DNA of 64,000 nt, from the NCBI GenBank assembly GCA_043826455.1, contig JBDRQD010000002.1:1-64000 (forward strand), read 5' to 3'. The notes below the pieces were generated by a model, which saw only the letters and a list, made by a program, of their open reading frames with translations, did no database searches and was not told the origin of the DNA. Shown piece by piece: positions 8,408 through 17,971 of this stretch (within the stretch, counting starts at the first letter, position 1; each line of letters begins with the position of its first letter). The DNA comes from Candidatus Bathyarchaeota archaeon. Its GTDB lineage: Archaea > Thermoproteota > Bathyarchaeia > TCS64. Made by a program: the position numbers and the translations under genes.

Positions 8408-10390
8408 ATGAGCGCCCCAACCCTCAGCTTCAGGTACGCCATCATCTCCGACACACATCTACGCCCCAAGTCCGAGAGCTCCTCCCCCTGGGCCACCAAC
8501 CTCCAGACCAACAGCAGAGCCAAGTGGATCGTAAACCAGGTCAACAAACATGAGCCCGATCTGGTCATCCACCTCGGAGACATAATACACCCCGTCCCCC
8601 ACCAGCCCTCCTACACCGCCGCGGCGGATGTGGCCAGGCAGACATTCGGCGAGCTGGACGCACCCATCCACTACGTCCCGGGCAACCACGACGTCGGCGA
8701 CAAGCATAACCCCAACGTCCCCGCGTACCCCGTGGACGCTCACGGGCTGACGGTGTACGCCACGGCCTTTGGGCCCCGCTACTCCTTCTTCGACCACGGG
8801 GGCGTCCACTTCGTGCTCATCAACTCCTCGGTGATAAACAGTGGGCTGCCTGAGGAGGCCGAGCAGAAAAGGTGGCTGGAGAAGGACCTGAAGGAGAACC
8901 ATGGTAAGAGAATTCACCTGTTCAGCCACTACCCCCCCTACATAGTGGACCCCGGGGAGGCCAGCAACTACGACAACGTGGATGAGCCGGGCCGGTCGTG
9001 GCTTCTCAGGCTCCTGTCTGAGCACAATGTGGAGGCCATGTTCGCGGGCCACGTCCACCAGTTCGGGTACAACGCATACGCCGGGACCCGCATCTACAAC
9101 CTCCTCTCCACCTGCTTCGTGCGCCAAGACTACTCGGAGCTGTTCCGAGTGGAGGCGGCGGACGAGTACGGCAGAAACGACACCGCTAAGCTAGGTTACG
9201 CCACAGTGGATGTCCACGAAGGCGGCCACAGGCTGAGGGTCGTGAGGTCATATGGGGCCGTGGAGGCCGCCCCAGGGAAGATGTTAGAGCGGAGCTGGGG
9301 GATCAGCGACCTGAAGACGACCCTGGGCGTCCACGTCAGGCACCCCCTGGCGGAGGTGCTGACGCTGCCATACAACGGGCCCATCGACGAGTTCACCAGG
9401 AAGATGGTCCGCAACGACTACCCCATCCTGGGGCTGTGGGAGACCGGGTTGAAGGCCCTCAGGCTACCCTTGACGGACCTAGCGGAGCCTGCGACGGCCA
9501 AGCGGGTTGGGGAGCTGGCGGAGTTTGGCCACGTCTTCGACTTCTTCACCGTGGGGCCCCCGTCAGGGGAGCTGCTCGAGGCACTGTCCCAGCACAGCGG
9601 CCTGGTGGACATGCTTGAGATCATCGTCCCGTGGGAGAAGGCCGTGGACTATTATCCAGAGATCATGGAGGTCCGTGACACCATCGAGAAGCCTGTCTAC
9701 ATGGCCAACATCGAGACCTCGGTCCACAGGGAGAAGGGGGGCCCCAAGTTCAGCCACTACGTCAGCCACGGGTTCCACATAGACGACACGGGGCCGCTGG
9801 ACGCCGTCCTGGACCAGTTGGGTGGCGTCGACGGATACGTGTTCCAGGTGGGCCACGGCGCGTCTCCGCTGAGCAGCGTCAAGGCCATAGGCGGGTACGC
9901 CGAGAGGAACGGGTTCAAGGCCCTGGTGAACGTCAAGCTCTGCTCCGATAACCCCGCCGAGTACCTGAGGGACGACGGCTACGTGGCGGACATGGCGGCG
10001 GAGTCCGTCATGGCGGCGTGCGTCGCCCCCAACGTCACGGTCTTCCTTGACACCTTCATGGACATCGACAGAGGCTACTTCCCGAGGACGGGGCTGTACG
10101 ATCGAAGGTACAACCCCCGGGTGGGCAGCGCCGTGCTGGGTAACCTGCAGGAGGTTCTCTTCGGGGAGACCGGCGTCAAGCACACCGGAACCCGTCTCGG
10201 CGGCGGCTGGGTGATCCACGGGTTTGAGACGGAGAGGTCACTTCTCTCACTCGTTCTGCCTTCGGGGCCCAGCTCGTCAGCGGAGTTCCCCGGTGACCTG
10301 GGAAAGGGGAAGTTGATCAACCTCGACACAGGGGTGGTGGGCTCTTCCCCTCGGCAAGGGGCAAGGTTCATGATCCTCAAGGCCAAGTGA
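8408..10390 (+). CDS. Calcineurin-like metallophosphoesterase fused to a large C-terminal domain
   Basis: DTH, GD, GNHD and GHVH motifs in the first ~280 aa; about 380 further aa not assigned. Confidence 0.85.
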   Translation: MSAPTLSFRYAIISDTHLRPKSESSSPWATNLQTNSRAKWIVNQVNKHEPDLVIHLGDIIHPVPHQPSYTAAADVARQTFGELDAPIHYVPGNHDVGDKHNPNVPAYPVDAHGLTVYATAFGPRYSFFDHGGVHFVLINSSVINSGLPEEAEQKRWLEKDLKENHGKRIHLFSHYPPYIVDPGEASNYDNVDEPGRSWLLRLLSEHNVEAMFAGHVHQFGYNAYAGTRIYNLLSTCFVRQDYSELFRVEAADEYGRNDTAKLGYATVDVHEGGHRLRVVRSYGAVEAAPGKMLERSWGISDLKTTLGVHVRHPLAEVLTLPYNGPIDEFTRKMVRNDYPILGLWETGLKALRLPLTDLAEPATAKRVGELAEFGHVFDFFTVGPPSGELLEALSQHSGLVDMLEIIVPWEKAVDYYPEIMEVRDTIEKPVYMANIETSVHREKGGPKFSHYVSHGFHIDDTGPLDAVLDQLGGVDGYVFQVGHGASPLSSVKAIGGYAERNGFKALVNVKLCSDNPAEYLRDDGYVADMAAESVMAACVAPNVTVFLDTFMDIDRGYFPRTGLYDRRYNPRVGSAVLGNLQEVLFGETGVKHTGTRLGGGWVIHGFETERSLLSLVLPSGPSSSAEFPGDLGKGKLINLDTGVVGSSPRQGARFMILKAK

Positions 10391-10656
10391 GAGCACATGG
10401 AATCATGGTTAACCCCTCATCCACCTGGAGAGCGGCTGGAACGAATATTCCGCCCTTTCTTTACACGTAGCGACGGCCCTCAATATGTTAACCAAGTTGT
10501 CCGGCTTCGACTGGTGACGTGAACCAGCTTCACTATTTTATCCATCTCTATTTTCTGCGTAATGGTATAGCCCGGTGCACGCGCTGTGTCCGCCGGGGTT
10601 GAGTGAGCGGTTAGAATCAAGTACTGTCACGACCCTACTACTGCAGAGCGGAGGAC

Positions 10657-12579
10657 GTGGTTGAGGTGCGGACGCTGACCGAGAAGCTCATCGAGTCACA
10701 CCTACTGGAGGGCTCCATGGCCCCGGGAGATGAGATGGGAGTAAGGATAGATCACACCCTGATACAGGACTCCCTGGGCACCCTGGCGGCCCTAGAGTTC
10801 GAGGCCATGAAGGTCCCCCGCGTCGCCACAGAGCTCAGCGTGTGCTTCGTGGACCACAACACCCTCCAGGACGATTATAGAAACGCGGACGACCACGTGT
10901 ACCTGGCGGGGTTCTCGGCGAAGCACGGCCTGGTCTACTCGAGGCCGGGCAACGGGATATGCCACCAGGTCTTCCTTGAGAGGTTCGCCGCCCCCGGCAA
11001 GACCCTGCTGGGGGCTGACAGCCACACCCCCACAGCCGGCGCTGTGGGCTGCCTCAGCATAGGAGCCGGGGGCCTGGACGTGGCCGCGGCCATGGCGGGT
11101 GAGCCCTTCTACTTTGAGGCGCCCAGAGTCGTCGGAGTGGAGCTGGTGGGCAGGCTCACCCCGTTCGTCTCAGCCAAGGACATCGCCCTGGAGGTCCTCC
11201 GCAGGGTAGGCGTCAGCGGCGGCGTGGGCAAGGCCCTGGAGTACACTGGGCCGGGAGTCGAGGGCCTCAGCGTTCCCGAGAGGGGCACCATCGCGAACAT
11301 GGGCGCCGAGACAGGGGCCACCACCTCCATCTTCCCCAGCGACCAGGCCACGTGGAGGTTCCTCGAAGCCCAGGGTAGGCCGGACGCTTGGGCCGAGCTG
11401 AAAAGCGATGAGGGCGCGAAGTACCATGAGCGCCTCAGCATCGACCTGGGCGAACTGGAGCCCCTCATCGCGCTGCCTCACAGCCCAGGCAACGTGAGGA
11501 AGGTGGCTGAGGTTCAGGGGTTGGCGATCGATCAGGTCTGCGTCGGGAGCTGCACCAACTCCAGCCTCTCCGATCTCAGAGTGGTGGCCCGTCTCCTGAG
11601 GGGTCGAACCATACATCCCCGGGTGAGCCTCACGGTGTCACCCGGCTCAAAGCAGGTGCTCAGCCACCTGGCTGCTGGTGGGGAGCTAAAAACCATCATC
11701 GAGTCCGGTGCCAGGCTGCTGGAGTGCGTCTGCGGGCCCTGCATAGGAATGGGGCAGGCGCCCCCCACTGGCAGCGTCTCGCTCAGAACCTTCAACAGGA
11801 ACTTCAGGGGCAGGTCGGGGACGCCCAGCGCCAAGGTGTACCTCTGCAGCCCGGAGACGGCCGTCGCCTCAGCAGTAACCGGGGTGATAACGGACCCCCG
11901 GAGCCTGGGGGAGTACCCCGAGTTGGTTGACCCCGGGAGGTTCAACGTCAACGATGGCCTGCTCGTCTGGCCCTCGAAGACCCCCGACGAGGTCCAGATC
12001 ATCAGGGGCCCCAACATCAGGCCGCTGCCAGAGTTCAAGCCCCTGCCCGCCACACTGGAGGGCGAGGTGCTCCTGAGGCTGGGGGACGACGTCACCACCG
12101 ACGACATAATAGCTGGGGGAGCCAAGGTCCTGCCCCTGAGGAGCAACATCCCGGAGATAAGCAGGCACGTCTTCGAGCAGATTGACCCAGGCTTCCACGG
12201 CAGGGCCGCGGAGAAGGGGGGAGGCTTCCTGGTGGCCGGCGCGAACTATGGGCAGGGGAGCTCCCGCGAGCACGCCGCCCTCGCCCCCAAGTACCTGGGG
12301 GTCCACGCCATCATAGCGGTGTCCTTCGCCCGCATCCACAAGTCGAATCTGGTGAACTTCGGGGTCATGCCCCTGGAGTTCAGGGACGACGCAGGCTACA
12401 CGAGGATCGGGCAGGGCGACAGGCTCCTCATCGACGCCGGGGACCCGCGAGACGTGAGGCTTGTGAACGTCTCCAGGGGCCTGGAGGTCGCCGTCAAGCT
12501 AGACGTGGGGCAGCGGGCGAGGGAGACGCTCATGGGGGGCGGGAGACTCGTATACATCCGGGAGAAGACGCGCCGCTGA
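10657..12579 (+). CDS. Aconitate hydratase (short aconitase family)
   Basis: DHN, GICHQV, DSHT, GSCTN, CGPCIG, NRNF and NYGQGSSREHA motifs. Confidence 0.93.
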   Translation: MVEVRTLTEKLIESHLLEGSMAPGDEMGVRIDHTLIQDSLGTLAALEFEAMKVPRVATELSVCFVDHNTLQDDYRNADDHVYLAGFSAKHGLVYSRPGNGICHQVFLERFAAPGKTLLGADSHTPTAGAVGCLSIGAGGLDVAAAMAGEPFYFEAPRVVGVELVGRLTPFVSAKDIALEVLRRVGVSGGVGKALEYTGPGVEGLSVPERGTIANMGAETGATTSIFPSDQATWRFLEAQGRPDAWAELKSDEGAKYHERLSIDLGELEPLIALPHSPGNVRKVAEVQGLAIDQVCVGSCTNSSLSDLRVVARLLRGRTIHPRVSLTVSPGSKQVLSHLAAGGELKTIIESGARLLECVCGPCIGMGQAPPTGSVSLRTFNRNFRGRSGTPSAKVYLCSPETAVASAVTGVITDPRSLGEYPELVDPGRFNVNDGLLVWPSKTPDEVQIIRGPNIRPLPEFKPLPATLEGEVLLRLGDDVTTDDIIAGGAKVLPLRSNIPEISRHVFEQIDPGFHGRAAEKGGGFLVAGANYGQGSSREHAALAPKYLGVHAIIAVSFARIHKSNLVNFGVMPLEFRDDAGYTRIGQGDRLLIDAGDPRDVRLVNVSRGLEVAVKLDVGQRARETLMGGGRLVYIREKTRR

Positions 12580-12740
12580 GGGCAGCAGGCTGCGATGATA
12601 TCCGGCGCCCCCGCATTTAAGCCCTTAAAGCTTGGGGCCACGTGGTCACATATTGTGATTATCTTTCATGATTGTTTCACGTCATCATGACACTTGAGTC
12701 GCCCTTATATGCGGAGCCTTGGACTGAACCCTGATGATGT

Positions 12741-12950
12741 ATGGAGGCAAGAAAGATGGGTTATGAGGTTGGGGCAGGGTCCGGCGGGGTCGCTGGGGCC
12801 GAGTCGAGCCTGGAGAACAAGATAGGGGAGCTGTCGCGGAGCGTCTCAGAGGTGTACAAATACGAGTTGCTGACCACGAACCAGTACCTGAGGCAGATGG
12901 AGCTGGTGCTGGACATCTTCCACGAGCTGTCTGAAGTGATCCACAACTAG
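12741..12950 (+). CDS. Small hypothetical helical protein
   Basis: Coding-like codon usage; TATA-like CTTATAT about 35 bp upstream. Confidence 0.5.
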   Translation: MEARKMGYEVGAGSGGVAGAESSLENKIGELSRSVSEVYKYELLTTNQYLRQMELVLDIFHELSEVIHN

Positions 12951-13033
12951 GCGTGGGCGTGGGGGAAGGAAGGAGCAGCCGCCCTCGACCAAAATTTTAT
13001 CAGTAATTCTTGATAACCTTATTATGACGTGAA

Positions 13034-13552
13034 ATGGTCGAGTTTGTTCTATTTGACAAAAATGTTCACATGAAAGAGTTCCATGATATGAATATTGAAT
13101 ATATGACGTGGATTTTCAATGAACTGGACAATAACTATCAAATCGATTCACTGGCAATTATGGGCATGTCAATTCCAGAAGTAGTCGACAACACCATCGG
13201 ACCATTTCTAGGTATAAAGCCTCCAGAAGGCATCCTCCTCATCGCTGAAGTCGAGGGGAAGATCGCTGGGATGGGTGCCCTGACGAGGCTGAGTGACGAG
13301 ATGGGGGAAATCAAGCGGATGTATAATCGCCCACAGTATAGAGGACGAGGCCTTGGAAAACAGATGCTACATAGGCTACTGGAGGCGGGAAGAGAATATG
13401 GCTGTACCTCATTCATGCTTGATACCCCCAAGTGGGCTTATGCCGCTCAACACATCTACAAGTCAGCTGGGTTCAAGGAAATAGAAGAATATCCCGAGAG
13501 CCAGATACCCCCAGATTTTAGACAATATTGGATGTTCATGGAGAAAAGATAG
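13034..13552 (+). CDS. GNAT acetyltransferase
   Basis: GEIKRMY and YRGRGLG acetyl-CoA motif; IYKSAGF. Confidence 0.9.
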   Translation: MVEFVLFDKNVHMKEFHDMNIEYMTWIFNELDNNYQIDSLAIMGMSIPEVVDNTIGPFLGIKPPEGILLIAEVEGKIAGMGALTRLSDEMGEIKRMYNRPQYRGRGLGKQMLHRLLEAGREYGCTSFMLDTPKWAYAAQHIYKSAGFKEIEEYPESQIPPDFRQYWMFMEKR

Positions 13553-13652
13553 ATACGAAGTCGAATCCATAATTTTCTCAAGGAAACCTTATATTCAAAA
13601 CAGGTCGAAGATTATATCCTCACTTCACCCTAAGTGCTACCTGTGAACTAGT

Positions 13653-14180
13653 ATGGTTGAGATTGGTACGATCCTGAGCTTCATCCAAGCCGCAGGAATC
13701 ATAGCGGGTGTAGCTTACTATATCATGAACATACATAACAATCAGAAGAACCAGCAGCTGCAGCTTGAGACAAGGCAAACTCAAATCTTCATGCAAATCT
13801 ATCAGCAGATCAACACCGAGGAGGTATACAAATCATGGGCAGAGCTTGTGAATATTGGAAAAATAGACTATGCGGAGTATCTCCAGAAATACGACTCAAC
13901 TGTTAACCCGGATCACTTCGCTAAGAGAGCCCAAATATGGTATAGCTACAATACAATAGGCGAACTATTGCGTCAAGGGATTATTCAGCTCAACCTTTTA
14001 AACAGATTGTCCTTGGGTCCAATGGTGATAACGATGTGGGAGAGGTGGGAGCATATAATTAGGAAAACTAGGGAAAGGGAGAGTGGACCTGATCTTTGGG
14101 AGGGGTTTGAATATTTGTACAATGAGGTGAAGAACTACCGTGATAGAGAAGGGTATCCCGGTTTTACGTATCATGCTTGA
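13653..14180 (+). CDS. Single-TM hypothetical protein (DUF4760-like), paralog 1
   Basis: N-terminal TM ending YY, then TRQxQIF, IGxLxxxG and FEYLY; paralogous to 14283-14813. Confidence 0.7.
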   Translation: MVEIGTILSFIQAAGIIAGVAYYIMNIHNNQKNQQLQLETRQTQIFMQIYQQINTEEVYKSWAELVNIGKIDYAEYLQKYDSTVNPDHFAKRAQIWYSYNTIGELLRQGIIQLNLLNRLSLGPMVITMWERWEHIIRKTRERESGPDLWEGFEYLYNEVKNYRDREGYPGFTYHA

Positions 14181-14254
14181 ATTAGTACATTCTCAGCACA
14201 TTAACCTCTGTTCAGTTCAGGTGAGCAGTTCATCTCAACAATCAAACCATAATC

Positions 14255-14273
14255 TTATCCTCACTTCTCGGTA
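14255..14273 (+). repeat. 19-bp junction repeat TTATCCTCACTTCTCGGTA, identical copy at 14825-14843
   Basis: Exact match between the two sites; degenerate copies at 13611-13628, 15367-15384, 13565-13579, 12989-13001 and on the minus strand at 3522-3546. Confidence 0.85.
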
Positions 14274-14282
14274 ATCCTAATT

Positions 14283-14813
14283 ATGGTTTCGTTCGAGTTT
14301 CTAGCGATCATCCTAGCCGGTCTCGGTTTGATTGTATCTATTCTTTATTACACATATACACTACAGAACGCAAATAAAACAAGACAAGCACAGCTATTCG
14401 TCCAGATATGCAACCAGACATTGAACAATCCTGCATTCATGAAAGGATACTACGTTATAATGGAGAACGACTGGGAAAACTTCAATGAATATCTCGAGTT
14501 TTTAGGAGAACCAGGCTCCGAAAACTGGAATGATATCTTCCTGGTTGGAGGGATTCTTGAGAGTATAGGTGTTCTAGTTGAGGAAGGCTTGGTAGATATC
14601 AGTCTTGTAGCGTCTTTGATGGCTCGTGTTGTTATTGAGTATGGTGAGAAGGTGGTTCCGATGCTTCATGAGCGTGCGCTGTTGTGGAGGCAGACACGTA
14701 TGCAGCAGGAAAAGACATTACTTGAGATGCATGCGGGTGCTCAATGGAAAGCAGAGTATCTTTATCACAAACTCATGAAGTACTTAGAAGCACACCCAGA
14801 ACTGGCAACATAG
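14283..14813 (+). CDS. Single-TM hypothetical protein (DUF4760-like), paralog 2
   Basis: N-terminal TM ending YY, then TRQAQLF, IGVLVEEG and EYLY. Confidence 0.7.
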   Translation: MVSFEFLAIILAGLGLIVSILYYTYTLQNANKTRQAQLFVQICNQTLNNPAFMKGYYVIMENDWENFNEYLEFLGEPGSENWNDIFLVGGILESIGVLVEEGLVDISLVASLMARVVIEYGEKVVPMLHERALLWRQTRMQQEKTLLEMHAGAQWKAEYLYHKLMKYLEAHPELAT

Positions 14814-14852
14814 TATCGAACATTTTATCCTCACTTCTCGGTAGCTAAGTGC

Positions 14853-15374
14853 ATGGAGTTGAGTCAGAAAATAACAAAGGACATTGAAATTAATCCTATT
14901 TCTGAGGAGTACATTGAGAGTTTTCATGCCTGCCTTGACTCTGTTGCCCGTGAAAGACGATACCTTGCAGGGGTCAAAGCCAGGCCCATTGAATCAACAC
15001 GCGAGTTCGTATTATCAAACATACGCAACAATTATCCCCAATACGTAGCCTTAGAGGGAAACAGGGTTGTGGGCTGGTGCGACATCATACCATTGAAAGG
15101 CATAGATTTCGCTCACTGCGGGGTCCTGGGAATGGGCGTGCTCAAAGGTTACCGTAGGCAGGGACTTGGGACATTATTGTTAGATACCACTATAGGTGCT
15201 GCGAAGGAGTTCGGGATTGAAAGGGTTGAGTTGGAGGTATATACGTCGAATACTCCTGCAATCAGGCTCTATGAGAAACGTGGATTCCTCTTTGAGGGAG
15301 TGAAGAAGAAAGCCCGTAAACTTGATGGAGAATACTATGACATACAGGTAATGGCACTATTCATCAATCCATAA
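14853..15374 (+). CDS. GNAT acetyltransferase (YhhY-like)
   Basis: VVGWCDI, GVLGMGV, YRRQGLG and NTPAIRLYEKRGF motifs. Confidence 0.9.
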   Translation: MELSQKITKDIEINPISEEYIESFHACLDSVARERRYLAGVKARPIESTREFVLSNIRNNYPQYVALEGNRVVGWCDIIPLKGIDFAHCGVLGMGVLKGYRRQGLGTLLLDTTIGAAKEFGIERVELEVYTSNTPAIRLYEKRGFLFEGVKKKARKLDGEYYDIQVMALFINP

Positions 15375-15431
15375 TCTTGTCCTCCTCAACGATTATATAT
15401 TACAGTTGATATCTCCTGTAATACGAGTGAT

Positions 15432-15743
15432 GTGGGGTTGACTGATGCTATAAGCCTCCGGCTACCCGAGGAAACCTTAAGAAAACTGGACGACCTGAGC
15501 ACACGTGAGGGCAAGGACAGGTCCACCCTCATCCGGGAGCTCCTTGAGAAAGGGATCAAGGAGAAAGACCTGGACAACGCAGTAGAGCAGTACAAGAGAG
15601 GCGACGCCACAGGCTGGAGAGCAGCCCAGCTAGCCGGCGTCTCCCTCTGGAACTTCATCAAGGTTCTCGACGAGAGAGGCGTCCTCCTCCAGTACGGAGA
15701 GAGGGACCTGGAACGTGACCTAGCCGCCCTAAGAGAAGACTAG
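15432..15743 (+). CDS. Antitoxin, ribbon-helix-helix plus UPF0175 domain
   Basis: ISLRLP...DRSTLIRELL RHH pattern; RAAQLAGVSLWNF; directly upstream of a PIN gene. Confidence 0.85.
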   Translation: MGLTDAISLRLPEETLRKLDDLSTREGKDRSTLIRELLEKGIKEKDLDNAVEQYKRGDATGWRAAQLAGVSLWNFIKVLDERGVLLQYGERDLERDLAALRED

Positions 15744-15745
15744 CC

Positions 15746-16267
15746 TTGCCAGCCGTCTCCAACAGCAGCCCTTTGATGTGGCTAGCAAAGGCTGGCAGGA
15801 TAGAGACCCTCAGAAACATCTTCGGAGAGATACTCGTCCCCAAGGAAGTTTACAGGGAGGTGGTCTCCGAGGGCCTGAGGCTAGGCTTCAGCGACGCGCT
15901 AGCAGTGGAGGAGGCTGTAAGGGCTGGGTGGATCAAGGTGATAGCCCTGACGGATGAGGAAGAAGAGTTCTCGTCAAGGCTGATCCAGGGCGCAGGGGAG
16001 ATACACGTCGGCGAGGCGCAGGCCATAGCACTAGCCAGAGGCCGTGGGGTGCCGCTGCTCATGGACGAGTCTAGTGGGAGAGCCCTCGCCGAGGCCCTGG
16101 GCATCGAGGCACGGGGAACAATCTACGTCGTGTTGAGAGCACTCAGGCAAGGCCTCATGGACAGGGGTGAGGCCAAGGAGACCATGAACAGGATGGTGGA
16201 AAAAGGTATGAGGGTAGACCCCAGGCTGCTCTCCAGGGTCCTGAAGGAGATCGACAGCTACAGGTGA
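15746..16267 (+). CDS. PIN-domain toxin (DUF3368 family)
   Basis: VSNSSPL, VPKEVYREV, GEAQAI, LMDE and RGT motifs. Confidence 0.88.
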   Translation: MPAVSNSSPLMWLAKAGRIETLRNIFGEILVPKEVYREVVSEGLRLGFSDALAVEEAVRAGWIKVIALTDEEEEFSSRLIQGAGEIHVGEAQAIALARGRGVPLLMDESSGRALAEALGIEARGTIYVVLRALRQGLMDRGEAKETMNRMVEKGMRVDPRLLSRVLKEIDSYR

Positions 16268-16395
16268 AATCCTCTCAGATACAATGTGAACGGAGGAATA
16301 ATGGAGCCATCGCCGTGTCACCGTCAAGGCTCCGCCAACAGGAAACAGGCAGTCAACCCAAATTATGAGATGATAAAAACTCTGGTTACTGGAGG

Positions 16396-16743
16396 CTAGA
16401 TCATGCCCACCTGCCTCAGGTAGTCCTCCCGGGGCGGTGTAAAGCATTCTATCAGCACCGCGGGTCTTCTGCCCGTTGCGTCGAAGTTGTGGGGCGCGTT
16501 GGGCGGAACCCAGAAACTGGTTCCCCTCTTGATGTGCATGGACTCGTCCCCGATGTACAGGGTGCCCTCCCCCTCTAGGACGATGCCCATCTGCTCGTGG
16601 GGGTGCGAGTGGGGCGGCGTCGGCACGTTGGGCTCAACGGTCAGCCTCATCATCATAGCCTTATCCCCCACTATGATGATCTCGCCGCGTCTGCCCTTCA
16701 CGGTCTCCAGGGCCGGGTGCTCTCCCGGCTTAACAACCTTCAT
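16396..16743 (-). CDS. Cupin domain protein
   Basis: HSHPHEQ...PHN and FTPPREDY motifs. Confidence 0.9.
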   Translation of the reverse strand: MKVVKPGEHPALETVKGRRGEIIIVGDKAMMMRLTVEPNVPTPPHSHPHEQMGIVLEGEGTLYIGDESMHIKRGTSFWVPPNAPHNFDATGRRPAVLIECFTPPREDYLRQVGMI

Positions 16744-16798
16744 AACTAACCAGTGAAAACCCCGGCCAAACCCACATAAGGCTATTCATCCACGGGGG

Positions 16799-17350
16799 TC
16801 ACAGCTGGGGCATCTTCCAGTCCTGGGCCAAAATACCAAAGGTGAGCCGGTCCACCCATGCCTCATCCCACTGGTGGATCTCCCGCTCCACCCCCTCCAG
16901 CTTGAAGCCCAGCTTCTCAGCCGTCCTCCTCATGAAGGTGTTGAGGCTGTAGGTCCGCAGGGCCACCCTGTGGAACCTGGACTCGAAGAGGTGGTCCACC
17001 CACAGGGCCAGCGCCTCAGAGCCCAGACCCACGCCCTGCCTGTCGTCCTCGCAGACGGTGATGGTCACCTCGCAGGCGTCGGGGTTGGCGTTGTCCACGT
17101 AGCAGGCCACCCAGCCCACGGGGGCCCCGTCGGTTCTGTCCACGATGATGGCCCGGCGCCTCCCCTGGACCAGGTAGCTGTTGAACACTTTCTCAGCCTT
17201 CCGCCTCTCCCCCTCGGACCAGGGGGTGTTCAGCCAGGGCGCGTCCATCCGTTTCCACCTGCCGTCCCCGCTCATCCACCTGAGGTAGGGCTCTCTGTCA
17301 CCCTCCTCGAAGTCTCTGAGCAGCACCCTGCGGCCGCGGGCTGTCTGCAT
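16799..17350 (-). CDS. GNAT acetyltransferase, RimJ/RimL-like
   Basis: LLRDF, QGVGLGSEAL and N...AEKLGFKLEG motifs. Confidence 0.88.
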   Translation of the reverse strand: MQTARGRRVLLRDFEEGDREPYLRWMSGDGRWKRMDAPWLNTPWSEGERRKAEKVFNSYLVQGRRRAIIVDRTDGAPVGWVACYVDNANPDACEVTITVCEDDRQGVGLGSEALALWVDHLFESRFHRVALRTYSLNTFMRRTAEKLGFKLEGVEREIHQWDEAWVDRLTFGILAQDWKMPQL

Positions 17351-17367
17351 GTTACCTCTATCCAATC

Positions 17368-17877
17368 TTAGCTCGCTTCCCTTTTGATGTTATCGGAGGC
17401 CCCGCCCCGCATGGCCTCGGAGAGGGGCCCCCTGGTCTTCCTCATGAGTATCTCTGAGCTCCCCCGGACCAGATAGTCCCTGAGCTCCCCAACTGTCTCG
17501 TAGTCCAGCCCCTGGTAGAACCTCCGGGCCCCGTCATTGAAGTCCGAGACGCAGAGGAAGACGTTGGGCGTCTCCCTGAAGATTCTCTCCTCCACATAGG
17601 CCATCAGCTTGACCCCGATACCTCTGCCTCTCAGGTCCGGCGCGACACAGATGGACTTGATGTAGCCGGTGAAGGCGCCCCGCATCTCCACCACCACGAA
17701 GCCCGCTATCCTGCCATCGATGACCGCGACATATACCTCCCTCGACGGGTCAGACACCACGCTAAGGCTCTCCTGGTAACCCCTCCCCAGGGTGACCCAG
17801 GGCTCCGACTCCGCCATCATCCCGGCGCACGCCTCAGCTTCGTCTCCGCCTCTCAGCAGTCTCATCTCGACGTTCAT
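17368..17877 (-). CDS. GNAT acetyltransferase
   Basis: YIKSICV, LRGRGIG and NDGARRFY; start placed at MNVEMR. Confidence 0.88.
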   Translation of the reverse strand: MNVEMRLLRGGDEAEACAGMMAESEPWVTLGRGYQESLSVVSDPSREVYVAVIDGRIAGFVVVEMRGAFTGYIKSICVAPDLRGRGIGVKLMAYVEERIFRETPNVFLCVSDFNDGARRFYQGLDYETVGELRDYLVRGSSEILMRKTRGPLSEAMRGGASDNIKREAS

Positions 17878-17971
17878 GCGTCTACCTCCACCCATGTGGC
17901 ACTCCCAGGAGATAAGGGGGCGCCCCCAAATACAAATTAAATCCTGGCCCAACACTATTACCTGAGGCAAC

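Noticed and set aside
12989..15384. Classical integron attC sites
   Set aside because: No convincing RYYYAAC...GTTRRRY pair with a long imperfect hairpin between the genes, and no IntI gene in the window
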